A stretch of 64,000 nt of DNA from an uncultured Acidobacteriota bacterium (GCA_963842495.1 CAWJHY010000068.1:50179-114178); one strand, 5' to 3'; shown: positions 24,840-34,742, counted from the first letter of the stretch. Notes: a model not told the origin generated them from the letters alone. Translations and numbers: made by a program.

Positions 24840-26114
24840 TCAATGCAGCGGGTACTTCCCGCTCTCGCGCAAAGTCTCGTACATCGCCAACACATTAGTG
24901 ACGGGCACGCGAGCCTGAACGTTGTGAATAGTATTGAAAACGAAGCCCCCCCCGGGGCCAAACGCTTTCAAGCGTTCGCAAACTTCCTTGCGAACCTCAT
25001 CCGGAGTGCCGAAAGGCAAGGTGCGCTGAGTATCCACACCTCCTCCCCAAAAGGTGAGGCGCACTCCGAATTCCTGCTTCAGTCCGCAAGGGGCCATGCC
25101 CGCGGCCGAACATTGCACCGGATTGATGATGTCGAATCCGGCATCGACGAAGTCCGGCAGCAGCGCCCTGACCGACCCGCAGGAGTGAATAAAGGACTTC
25201 CACGTCGTGTGTTGGTGAATCCAGTTGTTGACCTGGATATGAAAGGGCTTGTACAGGTCGCGGTAAGCCTTGGGGGAAATGAAAGGGCCGTGCTGGGAGC
25301 CGAAATCGGTTCCGGTCACGAAGGCCGCTGTGACTTTGCTACCGACGACCTGGTGTATCCTCTCCAAATTCGTAAGACCGATCTCGCACTGGCGCTCGAA
25401 GATCTTGAACACATAGTCGCGACGCAACGCCGTGCTCACGTACCACTCTTCGACGTCTCGGATTCCCTTCGGGTGCTTCATCCAGGGACCCGGAACCAGA
25501 GCGATATCCCCGAAAGCCGTGCCCCCGAAGTTCGCTAGAATTGCCTTATCCGTCCGGGTGTAAAGCCTCTCCGCTTCAACCTTGAGGTATTCCAGATCCT
25601 CGTCAGAGATAGGGCCGAACTCTTCGAGGTTATCTTCCACATTCAGGTTTGCATCGTCGATGGGATCCTGCCGGGGGATGCTGTCGAAGTAGAACCCGCC
25701 CTTGGGCAGCCGCCCGCTCGGCGGAACAGACTTGTCCCCTTCCGGGTACATCAGGATGTCGCCGTTAGCGGCGGGCTCGGTATTGAATCCCTCGGGAACC
25801 AGGACCGGCGTTCCCGCAAAGGTCGTCCACGGCTTCCAGCCTTCGTTCCTGAATCCGAACATGTTGGCGAGCTTGCCCAAGCCCACCACATCCACTCCCA
25901 ACGCCTCTCTCAAGTCCGAACCGATCTCTCCCAGCATCTGGTAAGGTTCAACCACCTTGACCGGCGTGCCCGGCATATCCAGTCCCAAGGCTTGGCGCAG
26001 GGCATAGACCGTGTCCACTTGCATCCCGGTCACAGCGCTCGCGCCCAGATCCAATGGAATGCGGTCGGCTTCTTGGTGCTGAAGAGCAAGACTTACTCGT
26101 TCTCGCGACGTCAT
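24840..26114 (-). CDS. Uroporphyrinogen-decarboxylase (URO-D) fold protein, methyltransferase-like
   Basis: 424-aa ORF with N-terminal MTSRERVSLALQHQEADRIPLDLG, typical of URO-D/MtaA-like family members. Sits beside a corrinoid protein gene. Confidence 0.7.
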   Translation of the reverse strand: MTSRERVSLALQHQEADRIPLDLGASAVTGMQVDTVYALRQALGLDMPGTPVKVVEPYQMLGEIGSDLREALGVDVVGLGKLANMFGFRNEGWKPWTTFAGTPVLVPEGFNTEPAANGDILMYPEGDKSVPPSGRLPKGGFYFDSIPRQDPIDDANLNVEDNLEEFGPISDEDLEYLKVEAERLYTRTDKAILANFGGTAFGDIALVPGPWMKHPKGIRDVEEWYVSTALRRDYVFKIFERQCEIGLTNLERIHQVVGSKVTAAFVTGTDFGSQHGPFISPKAYRDLYKPFHIQVNNWIHQHTTWKSFIHSCGSVRALLPDFVDAGFDIINPVQCSAAGMAPCGLKQEFGVRLTFWGGGVDTQRTLPFGTPDEVRKEVCERLKAFGPGGGFVFNTIHNVQARVPVTNVLAMYETLRESGKYPLH

Positions 26115-26327
26115 CGCAGTTCTACCCCCAGAGGGAAACTAAGGCTTATGTCCGCTTGAATTCTCCACGCGCTGCGGCGGGCGAAGGACAGCCGCGTCAC
26201 GTTCCTCGGGTCATGACAAAAAGCCTGTCGCCCGCGCCCAAGGCTAGTTCATCGTGCCAGAAGCACGGGCAAGCCTGCCCCTGTCGCGCGGGCTAACGGG
26301 CTCCGCACCACGGCGCGCGGAAAAGTG

Positions 26328-26978
26328 TCAGGCATTTGCCGGCGCCAGCCTACGAGCCAGCTCGACCGCACCAGGAGCATCCTTGCCATAACCGTCGGCC
26401 CCGATCGAATGCGCCCAAGCATCGGTAAGTGGAGCTCCACCCACCAGGACTTTCACTTGGTCCCGGAGGCCGGCCGCGACCAGGGCTTCAATGATGGCTT
26501 TCATGTTGACCATGGTCGTGGTAAGCAGAGCCGACATGGCCACGAAATTGGCCCCGTGCTGCTTCACGGCCTCCACCACCTTGTCCGGGGGAACGTCCAC
26601 TCCCAGGTCCACGATCCGGAACCCCGCGCTTTCCAGCATCATCGCGACAATGTTCTTGCCGATATCGTGCAAGTCGCCTTTTACCGTCCCGATGACCACA
26701 GTGCCCGCGGGCTTGATGGCTTCCTCACCCTGCAGCAGCGGCCTGAGGATGTCCGTAGCGCCCCTTGCCGCCCGCGCGGCGATCAGCACTTCCGGGATAA
26801 AGAATTCACAGTCCCTCATGCGACGCCCAACCTCATCCATGGCCGGAATGATTGCGTTGGGGAAGAATTCATGGGGCTTAATCCCTTCCTTCAGCCCTCG
26901 GTCTGTCAGTTCCTTAGCGACGGGAGCCTTTCCGTCAATGATGGCTTGCTGCAGCTCCGCAAAAATGCTCATTTCCAT
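26328..26978 (-). CDS. Cobalamin-binding corrinoid protein (methyltransferase cognate)
   Basis: 216-aa ORF with the B12-binding DxHxxG motif (GDLHDIGKNIV) and an N-terminal helical cap domain. Confidence 0.9.
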   Translation of the reverse strand: MEMSIFAELQQAIIDGKAPVAKELTDRGLKEGIKPHEFFPNAIIPAMDEVGRRMRDCEFFIPEVLIAARAARGATDILRPLLQGEEAIKPAGTVVIGTVKGDLHDIGKNIVAMMLESAGFRIVDLGVDVPPDKVVEAVKQHGANFVAMSALLTTTMVNMKAIIEALVAAGLRDQVKVLVGGAPLTDAWAHSIGADGYGKDAPGAVELARRLAPANA

Positions 26979-27041
26979 CTCCTTAGTTTGTCAATGTCTG
27001 TCCCATACTTTCTTTGCTTAACTCGTAGCGCTGGCGCCCGG

Positions 27042-27220
27042 TTGGTTCAATAACCGCAACATCAAATGATCCTCGGAAGGGCGGGGCTTTAGCCCCTCCC
27101 ACAGGTGTGGAATTGAATGGGCCTTTAGGCCCTGAAACCACTTCACATCAGGGGCTAAAGCCCCCAGACGTGCCTCCTCCCGTCAGCGGCGGGGCTAAAG
27201 CCCCGCCCTTCCGCTCCCGA
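27042..27220. repeat. MITE-like nested-hairpin element, family B, copy 2
   Basis: Same TIRs and central hairpins as copy 1. Lies between the activase gene and the corrinoid protein gene. Confidence 0.8.
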
Positions 27221-27306
27221 CATATAAGTTGGCTTACCAATTCGGCGTAAGCGGCTAGCCCTCGCGCCGGCATTCGCTGGCCTAATGGCCGGCCGTGCAC
27301 CGCCTT

Positions 27307-28897
27307 TCACGCCGTTGCTTGCGGACCCGCTTTCCCGAGATCCGGGCTGCCGGGCGGAAACGCCAGTTCCTCCACAAAAACTTCCTGAAAACACGGATCG
27401 GCATTCAGGGCCACGTGCTCGATTTGGCGGCGCAGGCCTGGGTACGAACCGCCCTCAGAATCGTGGCTGAAGAGGGCAAGCTTCGCCCCCAGGAGCGCTG
27501 TATTCCCCGCCGCTTCCACTCGGTCGGGCGGAAAATCGATCAGGCCGATGCGCTGCGCGCTGGCCCGATCGATGTAATTGCCAAAAGCCCCAGCCAAATA
27601 AAGGCGGCTGAGATGCTTTGCGCCTTTCCTCTGCATCAGCAGCTTTATGCCCGCAGCGACGGCTGCTTTGGCAAGCTGAAGTTCGCGAATGTCATTCTGC
27701 GTGAGGGCGACAGGCTCGGCCAGCATCCAACTGGTTTCGCCGTTCGCGAAGCGCCCGGAAGCTCCAATCACTCCGAGCTCCAGACCCGCCGCCACCGCAT
27801 CCACCAACCCGCTTCCGCACAAGCCACGCGGAGTCGCGTCCCCGATGACCCGGCAGTGCAATCGCTTGCTCCCCTCCTCACTGAGGAGAGGGCTCAGGGG
27901 GTGGTGACAGGGTAACTTGGGATATCGCCCCTGTCGAGGCGCGCATGCCCATCGAAATCTTCGCACCTTCAAACGCCGGACCGGCTGCCGTGGAGGCGCA
28001 AAGCAATCCTGCTTTGTTCCCAATCACGATCTCACCGTTGGTTCCCAAATCCACCAGCCCCACCAAGTCCTCGTGCTCGGGCAGCTTCGTGGCCAGAATC
28101 CCGGCCAGCACATCGCTCCCCACAAACCCGCCCAGGCAGGGCAAAAAACGCACTTCGGGATCTCCTGCAAGCTTCCATCCCAGCTCGCTGGAGTGGAACC
28201 TCTTCAGCCCCCCATCCGCCGGCTCAAAGGGATAATGCGCGAGCGGCTCGGCTGCGATCCCGCAGAAAAAGTGGTGCATGACCGTATTGCCCACCACCAC
28301 GATATCGACGATTTCGGATGCGAGCCTTCCGGCCGAAAAGAGCAGTTGCTCAATCAGCGCGCCAATCTGCCGCCGGATCAAATCCGCGAGTTGGCGTTGT
28401 CCATTCTCGAGCACGGCGAAGTGCAGCCGGCTCATCACGTCGGCGCCATAACGCGCCTGGGCGTTGAGCGCCGTGCTCACCGCGAGCACTTTCCCCGTGG
28501 CCAAGTCGAGCAACTGGGCTACCAGTGTCGTCGTGCCCAGATCCACCGCCACTCCCAGCCCTGGGCGAGGCTGGAAGTTGAAGGGCGTTTCATCGACGAG
28601 TATGGCTGCGTCCCATTGCCGCAGCTCAATCTCCAGATCACCTTCAACTGCGCACTGGCAGGCAAGACGCCACCCCGCCGCGATCTCCTCGGGCGAAAGC
28701 CGCTCCCGTTGCGCCCCGTTAACTTCCGCCTTCCCTTTCAGAACCTGAATGCGGCAGCCCCGGCACCTGCCCTGCCCGCCACAGGGGAATTCAACTCCCT
28801 GTTCGAACAGCAGGTCGCGCAGCGGGGCTCCGGCGCGCGCGGCAAGTTCGACCCGCGTGGGCCAAAGAATAATCCGATGGGATGGGCTTGCAGTCAA
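27307..28897 (-). pseudogene. RACo-type corrinoid reductive activase (2Fe-2S ferredoxin plus ASKHA ATPase), frameshifted
   Basis: The upstream part (27878-28897) has FPCGGQGRCRGC and DLGTTT. The downstream part (frame of 27307-28023) has RVIGDATPRGLCGSGLVDA. The frames join if one C is removed from the C5 run near 27895-27900, inside an intragenic palindromic repeat. A sequencing error cannot be excluded. Confidence 0.75.
27868..27906. repeat. CT/GA palindromic repeat inside the activase ORF
   Basis: Sequence ctcccctcctcactgaggagagggctcagggggtggtg. Related to 85-118 in the opposite orientation. Confidence 0.7.
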
Positions 28898-28943
28898 GAG
28901 CTTTCTGTCAGTAGTCGAGGGGTCGAGAGTCGAAGGGCGGGAG

Positions 28944-29993
28944 TTAAGGGCTTCTCGGCTCTTGGCTCCCCGCCTTCTCGACTGGTGCGTGCTCCCGCGC
29001 GTAACGTATCATGGCCATCAGGTTGGCGGGCGGTGTCCCCCGCGGAACTTCACAACCCGGCCCGACAATGAACCGGTCTCCAGCCTGCTGATGACACTGC
29101 CCTACCGCTGCATAAACGGATTCGGGCGTTCCCGCTTTGAGAACTCGCACGGGATCGAGGTTCCCCAGGAGGACCTGCTGCGGTCCCATTTCTTCCCGCC
29201 CCTTGGACACCGGAGAAAGCCAGTCCAGGTCAACCACGGAACACCGCAGCCTTCCCATCCCCGCGAGGATCTTCCGCGTGTTCCCGCAGATGTGCAACCG
29301 CGTCTTAATCCCCTCTGCGTGCAGGGCGCCGACCAACCTCTGTTCGTAAGGCCAAACAAACTCGTTGTAAAACTTCGGTCCCACCAGGGAAGCTGCGGCA
29401 TCTCCGACGCCTATGAGATCCGCTCCCATGGCGACTTGAAATCTCGCGAAGCGTAATTCCAACTCGACAATAAACTCGAACAGATCGCGCACGAAAGCCG
29501 GGTCATCGTAGAAGTCCAGCATCAAGGTGTTGATCCCGCGTAAATCGGCGCCTTCTGCGCAGGGACCCTCGATCCAGCCCTCAACTACTTTATCATTCCC
29601 GACTCGTTCCTTCATCAGCTTCACGGCCAGCGCCCGGTTGCGGGTTCGTTCCGCCTGCTCGGGATCCGGCGCCTGGAGGCCGGCCAGCCTGGCCTTGTCC
29701 TTCAGCAGAGCGTTTTCCTCATCGACCGCGGGAGGTTGATCAGGGAAAAACTTCAGCGCAGCGCCCAGGGCCGAAGCCTCACACCCGGGATCCGAAATCA
29801 CGCTGACGTAATCAAAATCGAATCGCTCCGCCACCCTGACTTGAGCGTCGGCCAGGACGCGATAATTCGTAGCATAGTCGTAGTACTTCGCCCCGATCTG
29901 GTCCGCGGCGAACATCATCGTAATGGGCATGGCAGGAAGAGTATCCACCGGCCGGCCTTCCAGCATAGCAAGCACGCGCTCACGACCGTTCAT
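28944..29993 (-). CDS. URO-D fold methyltransferase (MtaA/CmuA-like)
   Basis: 349 aa from MNGRERVLAMLEGRPVD (ATG 29993, GGGGAG upstream). DYVSVISDPGCEASALG is typical of corrinoid:acceptor methyltransferases of this fold. Confidence 0.85.
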   Translation of the reverse strand: MNGRERVLAMLEGRPVDTLPAMPITMMFAADQIGAKYYDYATNYRVLADAQVRVAERFDFDYVSVISDPGCEASALGAALKFFPDQPPAVDEENALLKDKARLAGLQAPDPEQAERTRNRALAVKLMKERVGNDKVVEGWIEGPCAEGADLRGINTLMLDFYDDPAFVRDLFEFIVELELRFARFQVAMGADLIGVGDAAASLVGPKFYNEFVWPYEQRLVGALHAEGIKTRLHICGNTRKILAGMGRLRCSVVDLDWLSPVSKGREEMGPQQVLLGNLDPVRVLKAGTPESVYAAVGQCHQQAGDRFIVGPGCEVPRGTPPANLMAMIRYAREHAPVEKAGSQEPRSP

Positions 29994-30010
29994 ACGTTCT
30001 CCCCGTGACA

Positions 30011-30040
30011 CGTAGGGGCGGTTCGCGAACCGCCCCTACG
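30011..30040. repeat. Perfect 30-nt palindrome cgtaggggcggttcg|cgaaccgcccctacg
   Basis: Fills the intercistronic gap. The DUF1638 TAG stop (30036-30038) lies in the stem. Confidence 0.85.
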
Positions 30041-30776
30041 TCTTAATGGTGATCAGCCCTCCGCCGTAATCCGCCGCCACCTGTTTTCCCGGCGGCACCA
30101 CCAGAAATTCCTTTTCGTCCCAGACTCCATCCACCAGTCTCTGAAACATCCCGAGGTCTCCGCTGAGTTTCTCGAATTCCCATCCGCGCTGCGCGGCTTC
30201 CTCGCGAGCCTGGCGCTCGAAATCCGCATCCGGTCCCATGCCCATCGTAATGTAAGTGAATTGGCGGTAGTTCTTTTTCAGGTCGCCCAGTTCGTTCCAG
30301 AGATACTTGGCGTTGTCTTCCCCGTAACGCGCCACAAGGTCCTCGTAACTCTGCCCGACGCCCAGCACCTTTCCGACCGAAAGCTGGCTGAGCTCCCCAT
30401 CCGCCTTGCCGCGCTCCATCCAACCGGTGGTCTGGAAGTAGACCCCCGGGTGGCTATGGAAGTACTCCAGATAACGCTCGGAGCTCCCGAGGAACAGCGT
30501 GATGCAATCGTGGGCGCGAGGAATGACCAGCGGATACTTGCCGGCCGTCAAACCCACCACCCCGTTGTTGCAGAGACCATAGCCCATCAGCACGGCCTCG
30601 TAGCGCGGGCCGTCCACGCGGTCGAGGGCCGTCTGGAGGCGCGTGCGCATTCCCTCCACGCCGATGTCGTGTAGTCCTTTGGGAAGAAATTCGACGTCCA
30701 GCGTGTTCGGCGAACGCGCCATCACCGAGCAGAATTCCCGGTAAAAGATCTCACAGGTGATCAGCTTCAGCCGCAT
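30036..30776 (-). CDS. DUF1638 domain protein
   Basis: 246 aa from MRLKLITCEIFYREF. In my recollection this family accompanies corrinoid methyltransferase genes. The track ORF extends to 30983. Confidence 0.7.
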   Translation of the reverse strand: MRLKLITCEIFYREFCSVMARSPNTLDVEFLPKGLHDIGVEGMRTRLQTALDRVDGPRYEAVLMGYGLCNNGVVGLTAGKYPLVIPRAHDCITLFLGSSERYLEYFHSHPGVYFQTTGWMERGKADGELSQLSVGKVLGVGQSYEDLVARYGEDNAKYLWNELGDLKKNYRQFTYITMGMGPDADFERQAREEAAQRGWEFEKLSGDLGMFQRLVDGVWDEKEFLVVPPGKQVAADYGGGLITIKT

Positions 30777-30974
30777 AAAACCAGCACTCCCACTGTCATT
30801 CCGCGCCACCCTCAAAAAGTAATTGCTTTTGGTACTGGTAGTCGGTTTATCATACGGTGGTCTGCGCCAAGACAAGCAAGATACCACGCTTGGGTTCTGA
30901 TTGCAGCAATCTTCGGGCAGGGATATTGGGTCAATTTGAAGTAACGCCGGGCTGAGACACAATATCAGAACCTT

Positions 30975-31406
30975 ATGAACCATACTGACTCACGGCCGGA
31001 TTTTACCGGCGTGTGGGAGCTGAATCTTGAGCGAAGCATCCTGCGTGGGTCAACTCCGAAGCGCCTCGTGATGCAGATCGAACATCGGGAACCGCGGCTG
31101 GTTCAGCAAATTCACTTCACCAGGGCGGACGGTGTGGAAAAGCGGATGACTTTCGACTACGAAACCGGCGCTGAAACGACAAACTCCCTGGGCGGAGCCC
31201 CGGGGCGCACGTCGGCGCGCTGGGAGGGAGAGGAGCTGGTCCTCGAATCCAGGGTGACGACGCCTTGCCGGGAGGTCCACTTTGAAGACCACTGGTCAGT
31301 TTCCGACGACGGCCGAACGCTCACCATGGCGCATCGCAACGACGACCTGGCGGGGCAGATCTCGGCACTCGAGAAGCGCTCTCCGACAGACGGAAGCGCA
31401 TGCTGA
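30975..31406 (+). CDS. Hypothetical protein (143 aa)
   Basis: ORF with coding-like composition, divergent from the DUF1638 operon. No motif recognised. Confidence 0.55.
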   Translation: MNHTDSRPDFTGVWELNLERSILRGSTPKRLVMQIEHREPRLVQQIHFTRADGVEKRMTFDYETGAETTNSLGGAPGRTSARWEGEELVLESRVTTPCREVHFEDHWSVSDDGRTLTMAHRNDDLAGQISALEKRSPTDGSAC

Positions 31407-31536
31407 GCGTTGGCCGCGACAATGTGTCCTCGCGAGGGTTATTTATAAGCTCCATAAAATCAATTGCTGGCGCGGATGAAAACTTCTGTATATATTTTCT
31501 GCCCGTGCGCATTCCGCATAAAAGGAATCCAAACCT

Positions 31537-32754
31537 ATGAGCCTGAGTCAACTCGCTCGAAACATCAAAGAGTCTGTGACGTTGAAACTTAACGAGACCG
31601 CCGCGCTGCTGCGCGAAAAGGGCGAGCCGGTGATTCACCTCGGCGGCGGCGAGCCTAAGAGCAAGGCGCCCATCGACGCGGTCATCAACTGCACCTCCAT
31701 CTTGCATACGGGTGAGATTCGTTATACTCCCCCGGACGGTATTCCGGCGCTGAAAAAGGCCATCATTCGCTACACCGAGGAACGATACAAGAAGATCGTC
31801 ACAGCGGATAATGTCATCGTTTCGGGCGGAGCTAAGCAGGCCATCATGGTTCTGCTCCACGCCATCCTCGATCCCAAGGACGAAGTGATTTTCCCGGCTC
31901 CCTACTGGGTGAGTTACCCGGAGATGGTGAAATTGGCGGGAGGCTGCCCGGTGGTGGTCACCCCCGAAGACGGCAGCTTCCATCCCACCCTGCGCGAGAT
32001 CGCTGATACCGTTGGTTCTTATACCAAGGCGATTATTATTAACAGTCCTAATAATCCCTCGGGGGCGATGTTCTCAAAGGACTTCATCGCCGAAATTGTG
32101 GAGTTCTGCGAGAAAAAGAGCCTCTACCTGATCATGGACGACATCTACAACCGGCTGGTCTTCGAGGGCAAGAGCGCTCCGGTGTGCTACGACTACGTGG
32201 ACGCACCCTTGGAGCAATCCAAGCTGGTGGTTATCAACGGCGTGTCGAAAATGTATGCCATGACCGGCTTTCGCATCGGCTGGGCTGTTGCCAACAAGGA
32301 ACTGGTGGAAGCGATGGCCACCGTACAGTCGCAGCAGACTTCCGGCCCCTCGGCCCCTTCGCAATGGGCTGCCGTGGGAGCCTTGAACGGTGTGCAATCT
32401 TCCGTTGAGAACCTGCGCATGACGCTCGAGAACAACCGCAATGTGATGATCGACCGCCTGCGGGCCATCGACGGCGTGCAAGTGACCAAGCCGGACGGCA
32501 CTTTCTATTGTTTCCCCGATTTCAGCGCTTACATGCAAGATTCGCAAAAGCTGTCGAATTTCCTCCTGGAGAAAGTCCGCGTGGTGACGGTTCCCGGCAA
32601 GGAATTCGGCTTCGAAGGCCACCTGCGGCTCAGCTACTGCGGCACGATCCGCGACATCACGGAAGGACTCGAGCGCATCCAGTGGGCGCTTGACCCGACC
32701 TCCGCAAACGAACTCTACCTTGGCGACCGCAAGCTGGTGAGGGACTGGTTATGA
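31537..32754 (+). CDS. Class I/II PLP-dependent aminotransferase (aspartate aminotransferase-like)
   Basis: 405-aa ORF with NSPNNPSG and the PLP-lysine region SKMYAMTGFRIGW. Confidence 0.9.
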   Translation: MSLSQLARNIKESVTLKLNETAALLREKGEPVIHLGGGEPKSKAPIDAVINCTSILHTGEIRYTPPDGIPALKKAIIRYTEERYKKIVTADNVIVSGGAKQAIMVLLHAILDPKDEVIFPAPYWVSYPEMVKLAGGCPVVVTPEDGSFHPTLREIADTVGSYTKAIIINSPNNPSGAMFSKDFIAEIVEFCEKKSLYLIMDDIYNRLVFEGKSAPVCYDYVDAPLEQSKLVVINGVSKMYAMTGFRIGWAVANKELVEAMATVQSQQTSGPSAPSQWAAVGALNGVQSSVENLRMTLENNRNVMIDRLRAIDGVQVTKPDGTFYCFPDFSAYMQDSQKLSNFLLEKVRVVTVPGKEFGFEGHLRLSYCGTIRDITEGLERIQWALDPTSANELYLGDRKLVRDWL

Positions 32755-34412
32755 ATATCTATCTCGACGTTCAATCTCCTGCCGTTCAGGAAGCCGGCAA
32801 GCTGGCCAGCGACTACGGCCTGCAAAATCACGGATTCACGAACCTGCGCCGTGTCTACTGGAATCTTCCGACTCCGGCGCTCTACGAAGAAAGCGTGTTC
32901 CGGTCGGAAGGCCGCCTCACGCACCTGGGTCCCCTGGCGGTCAGCACCGGCAAGCATACGGCGCGGGCGGCGGCGGATAAATTTGTGGTCCGCGAGCAGA
33001 CCACCGAGGACAAAGTCTGGTGGGGGCAATACAACCGCCCCGCCACGGGCGAGAACTTCAGCGGCCTGCTGGCGCGCTTGCAGGGCTACTTGCAGGGCCG
33101 GGACGTCTTCGTGCAGGATTGCCACGCCGGCGCCGACCCGGAATACAGCCTGCCCATCCGCATCGTCACGCAGAAAGCCTGGCACAGCCTCTTCGCGCGC
33201 TGCATGTTCCTGAAGATCCGCAACCAGGACCAGTTGAAGAAACACGTCCCGGAGTTCACGGTCATCGCCGTGCCCGGCTTTCTCGCCTCGCCGATGATCG
33301 ACGGCACGCGCACCGAGACGTTTATCGTGCTCAATTTCCGCGAGCGCCTCGCGGTCATCGGCGGCACAAGCTATGCCGGCGAGATTAAGAAGACCATCTT
33401 CACCGTCCTCAATTTCCTGCTGCCGCTGGACGGCGTGCTCTCTATGCACTGCTCGGCAAACGTCGGCGCGGACGGCGACGTGGCCATCTTCTTCGGCTTG
33501 TCGGGCACCGGCAAGACCACCCTTTCCGCCGACCCCAAGCGCCACCTGATCGGCGACGACGAGCACGGCTGGAGCGACAACGGCGTTTTCAATTTCGAAG
33601 ACGGCTGCTACGCCAAAGTTATCCGCCTGTCGCCGGAGGCCGAACCGCAGATCTATGCCTGCACGCGCCGCTTCGGCACCATCCTCGAGAACGTCACTTT
33701 CGATCCTGTCTCCCGCCGCCTCGACTTGGATGACTACCGCGTCACCGAAAACACCCGTGCCGCCTATCCTCTTGAATATATCGAGAACTATCTTCCTCAG
33801 AAGCGCGCCGGCCATCCCAAGAACGTCATCTTCCTCACCTGCGACGCCTCCGGCGTCATGCCGCCCATCGCCCGTCTCAGCCCCGACCAGGCCATCTATC
33901 ACTTCATTTCCGGCTACACCAGCAAGATTGCGGGCACTGAGATCGGCCTCGGCGTCGAGCCCGAAATCACCTTCAGCACTTGCTTTGGCGGCCCCTTCAT
34001 GGTCCACCACCCCTATGCCTACGCGGAGTTGCTGAAGAGAAAGGTCCTCAAGCACGGTGCGACGGTGTGGCTTGTGAATACCGGCTGGACCGGCGGGTCC
34101 TTCGGCGTCGGCAAACGCATCAGCATCCACCACACCCGCAGTCTGCTCAACGCTGTCCTCAGCGGAAAGCTAGCCAAAGTCGACTATAAGAAAGACCCCG
34201 TCTTCGGCTTTGAGGTCCCCACCAGTTGCGAAGGCGTGCCCTCGGCCATTCTCGATCCCGCCAGTACCTGGCCCAGCCGCGACGAGTATTTCAAGAAGTA
34301 TGACGCCCTCGCCGCGCGCTTCATCGAAAACTTCAAGCTGATGATGGCAGAGGCGCCCGAACATATCCTCGAAGCCGGCCCCAAACGCCTCACCCTCGTC
34401 CCGGCACACTGA
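32751..34412 (+). CDS. pckA: Phosphoenolpyruvate carboxykinase (ATP)
   Basis: 553-aa ORF with kinase-1a motif GLSGTGKTTLS and conserved IGDDEHGW. 4-nt overlap with the aminotransferase gene. Confidence 0.95.
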   Translation: MNIYLDVQSPAVQEAGKLASDYGLQNHGFTNLRRVYWNLPTPALYEESVFRSEGRLTHLGPLAVSTGKHTARAAADKFVVREQTTEDKVWWGQYNRPATGENFSGLLARLQGYLQGRDVFVQDCHAGADPEYSLPIRIVTQKAWHSLFARCMFLKIRNQDQLKKHVPEFTVIAVPGFLASPMIDGTRTETFIVLNFRERLAVIGGTSYAGEIKKTIFTVLNFLLPLDGVLSMHCSANVGADGDVAIFFGLSGTGKTTLSADPKRHLIGDDEHGWSDNGVFNFEDGCYAKVIRLSPEAEPQIYACTRRFGTILENVTFDPVSRRLDLDDYRVTENTRAAYPLEYIENYLPQKRAGHPKNVIFLTCDASGVMPPIARLSPDQAIYHFISGYTSKIAGTEIGLGVEPEITFSTCFGGPFMVHHPYAYAELLKRKVLKHGATVWLVNTGWTGGSFGVGKRISIHHTRSLLNAVLSGKLAKVDYKKDPVFGFEVPTSCEGVPSAILDPASTWPSRDEYFKKYDALAARFIENFKLMMAEAPEHILEAGPKRLTLVPAH

Positions 34413-34437
34413 TGTCCTTCTTCTCTTGAGCACGGGT

Positions 34438-34467
34438 GGCGCATACATTGCTTTTTATGTATGCGCC
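34438..34467 (+). terminator. Stem-loop downstream of pckA (11-bp perfect stem ggcgcatacat / atgtatgcgcc)
   Basis: Starts 26 nt after the pckA stop. The loop tgcttttt is T-rich but there is no 3' U-tract, so intrinsic-terminator status is uncertain. Confidence 0.4.
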
Positions 34468-34520
34468 GCGCTTCGAATCCGTGGCCCTCTCCCTCTTGGA
34501 GAGGGTGGCGCGGCCAGAGG

Positions 34521-34594
34521 CGCGGACATGCCAAAGAACGGCACGTGTGCGGCACTGGTCGAATCCGAAAAGTCGCTTCGCCAAATCGCAGACG
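34521..34594 (-). repeat. Degenerate inverted copy of family D hairpin repeat
   Basis: cgcggacatgccaaagaacggcacgtgtgcg resembles the reverse complement of the family D stem-loop. cgccaaat follows in a different order. Confidence 0.4.
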
Positions 34595-34742
34595 CAAAAG
34601 GTGAGGGTCCGCGCCAGCGGGCGATTCTTCCTGCGAGGCTCCACGCAGATATGCTCCCGACTGGGGGTCAGGACTGTGTGGCGGTTTTACCATTGACAAC
34701 CGAGCAACCAAAAATGAGAGTATTTACTGGAAAGGAGGATTC

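Noticed and set aside
30777-30974. Cobalamin riboswitch upstream of the corrinoid cluster. A 9-bp stem ggttctgat...atcagaacc is present in the minus-strand leader.
   Set aside because: I could not find the B12-box or the conserved GGGAA / GCCACUG-type core. The 198-bp interval must also hold two divergent promoters. A covariance-model scan (Rfam cobalamin) would be decisive.
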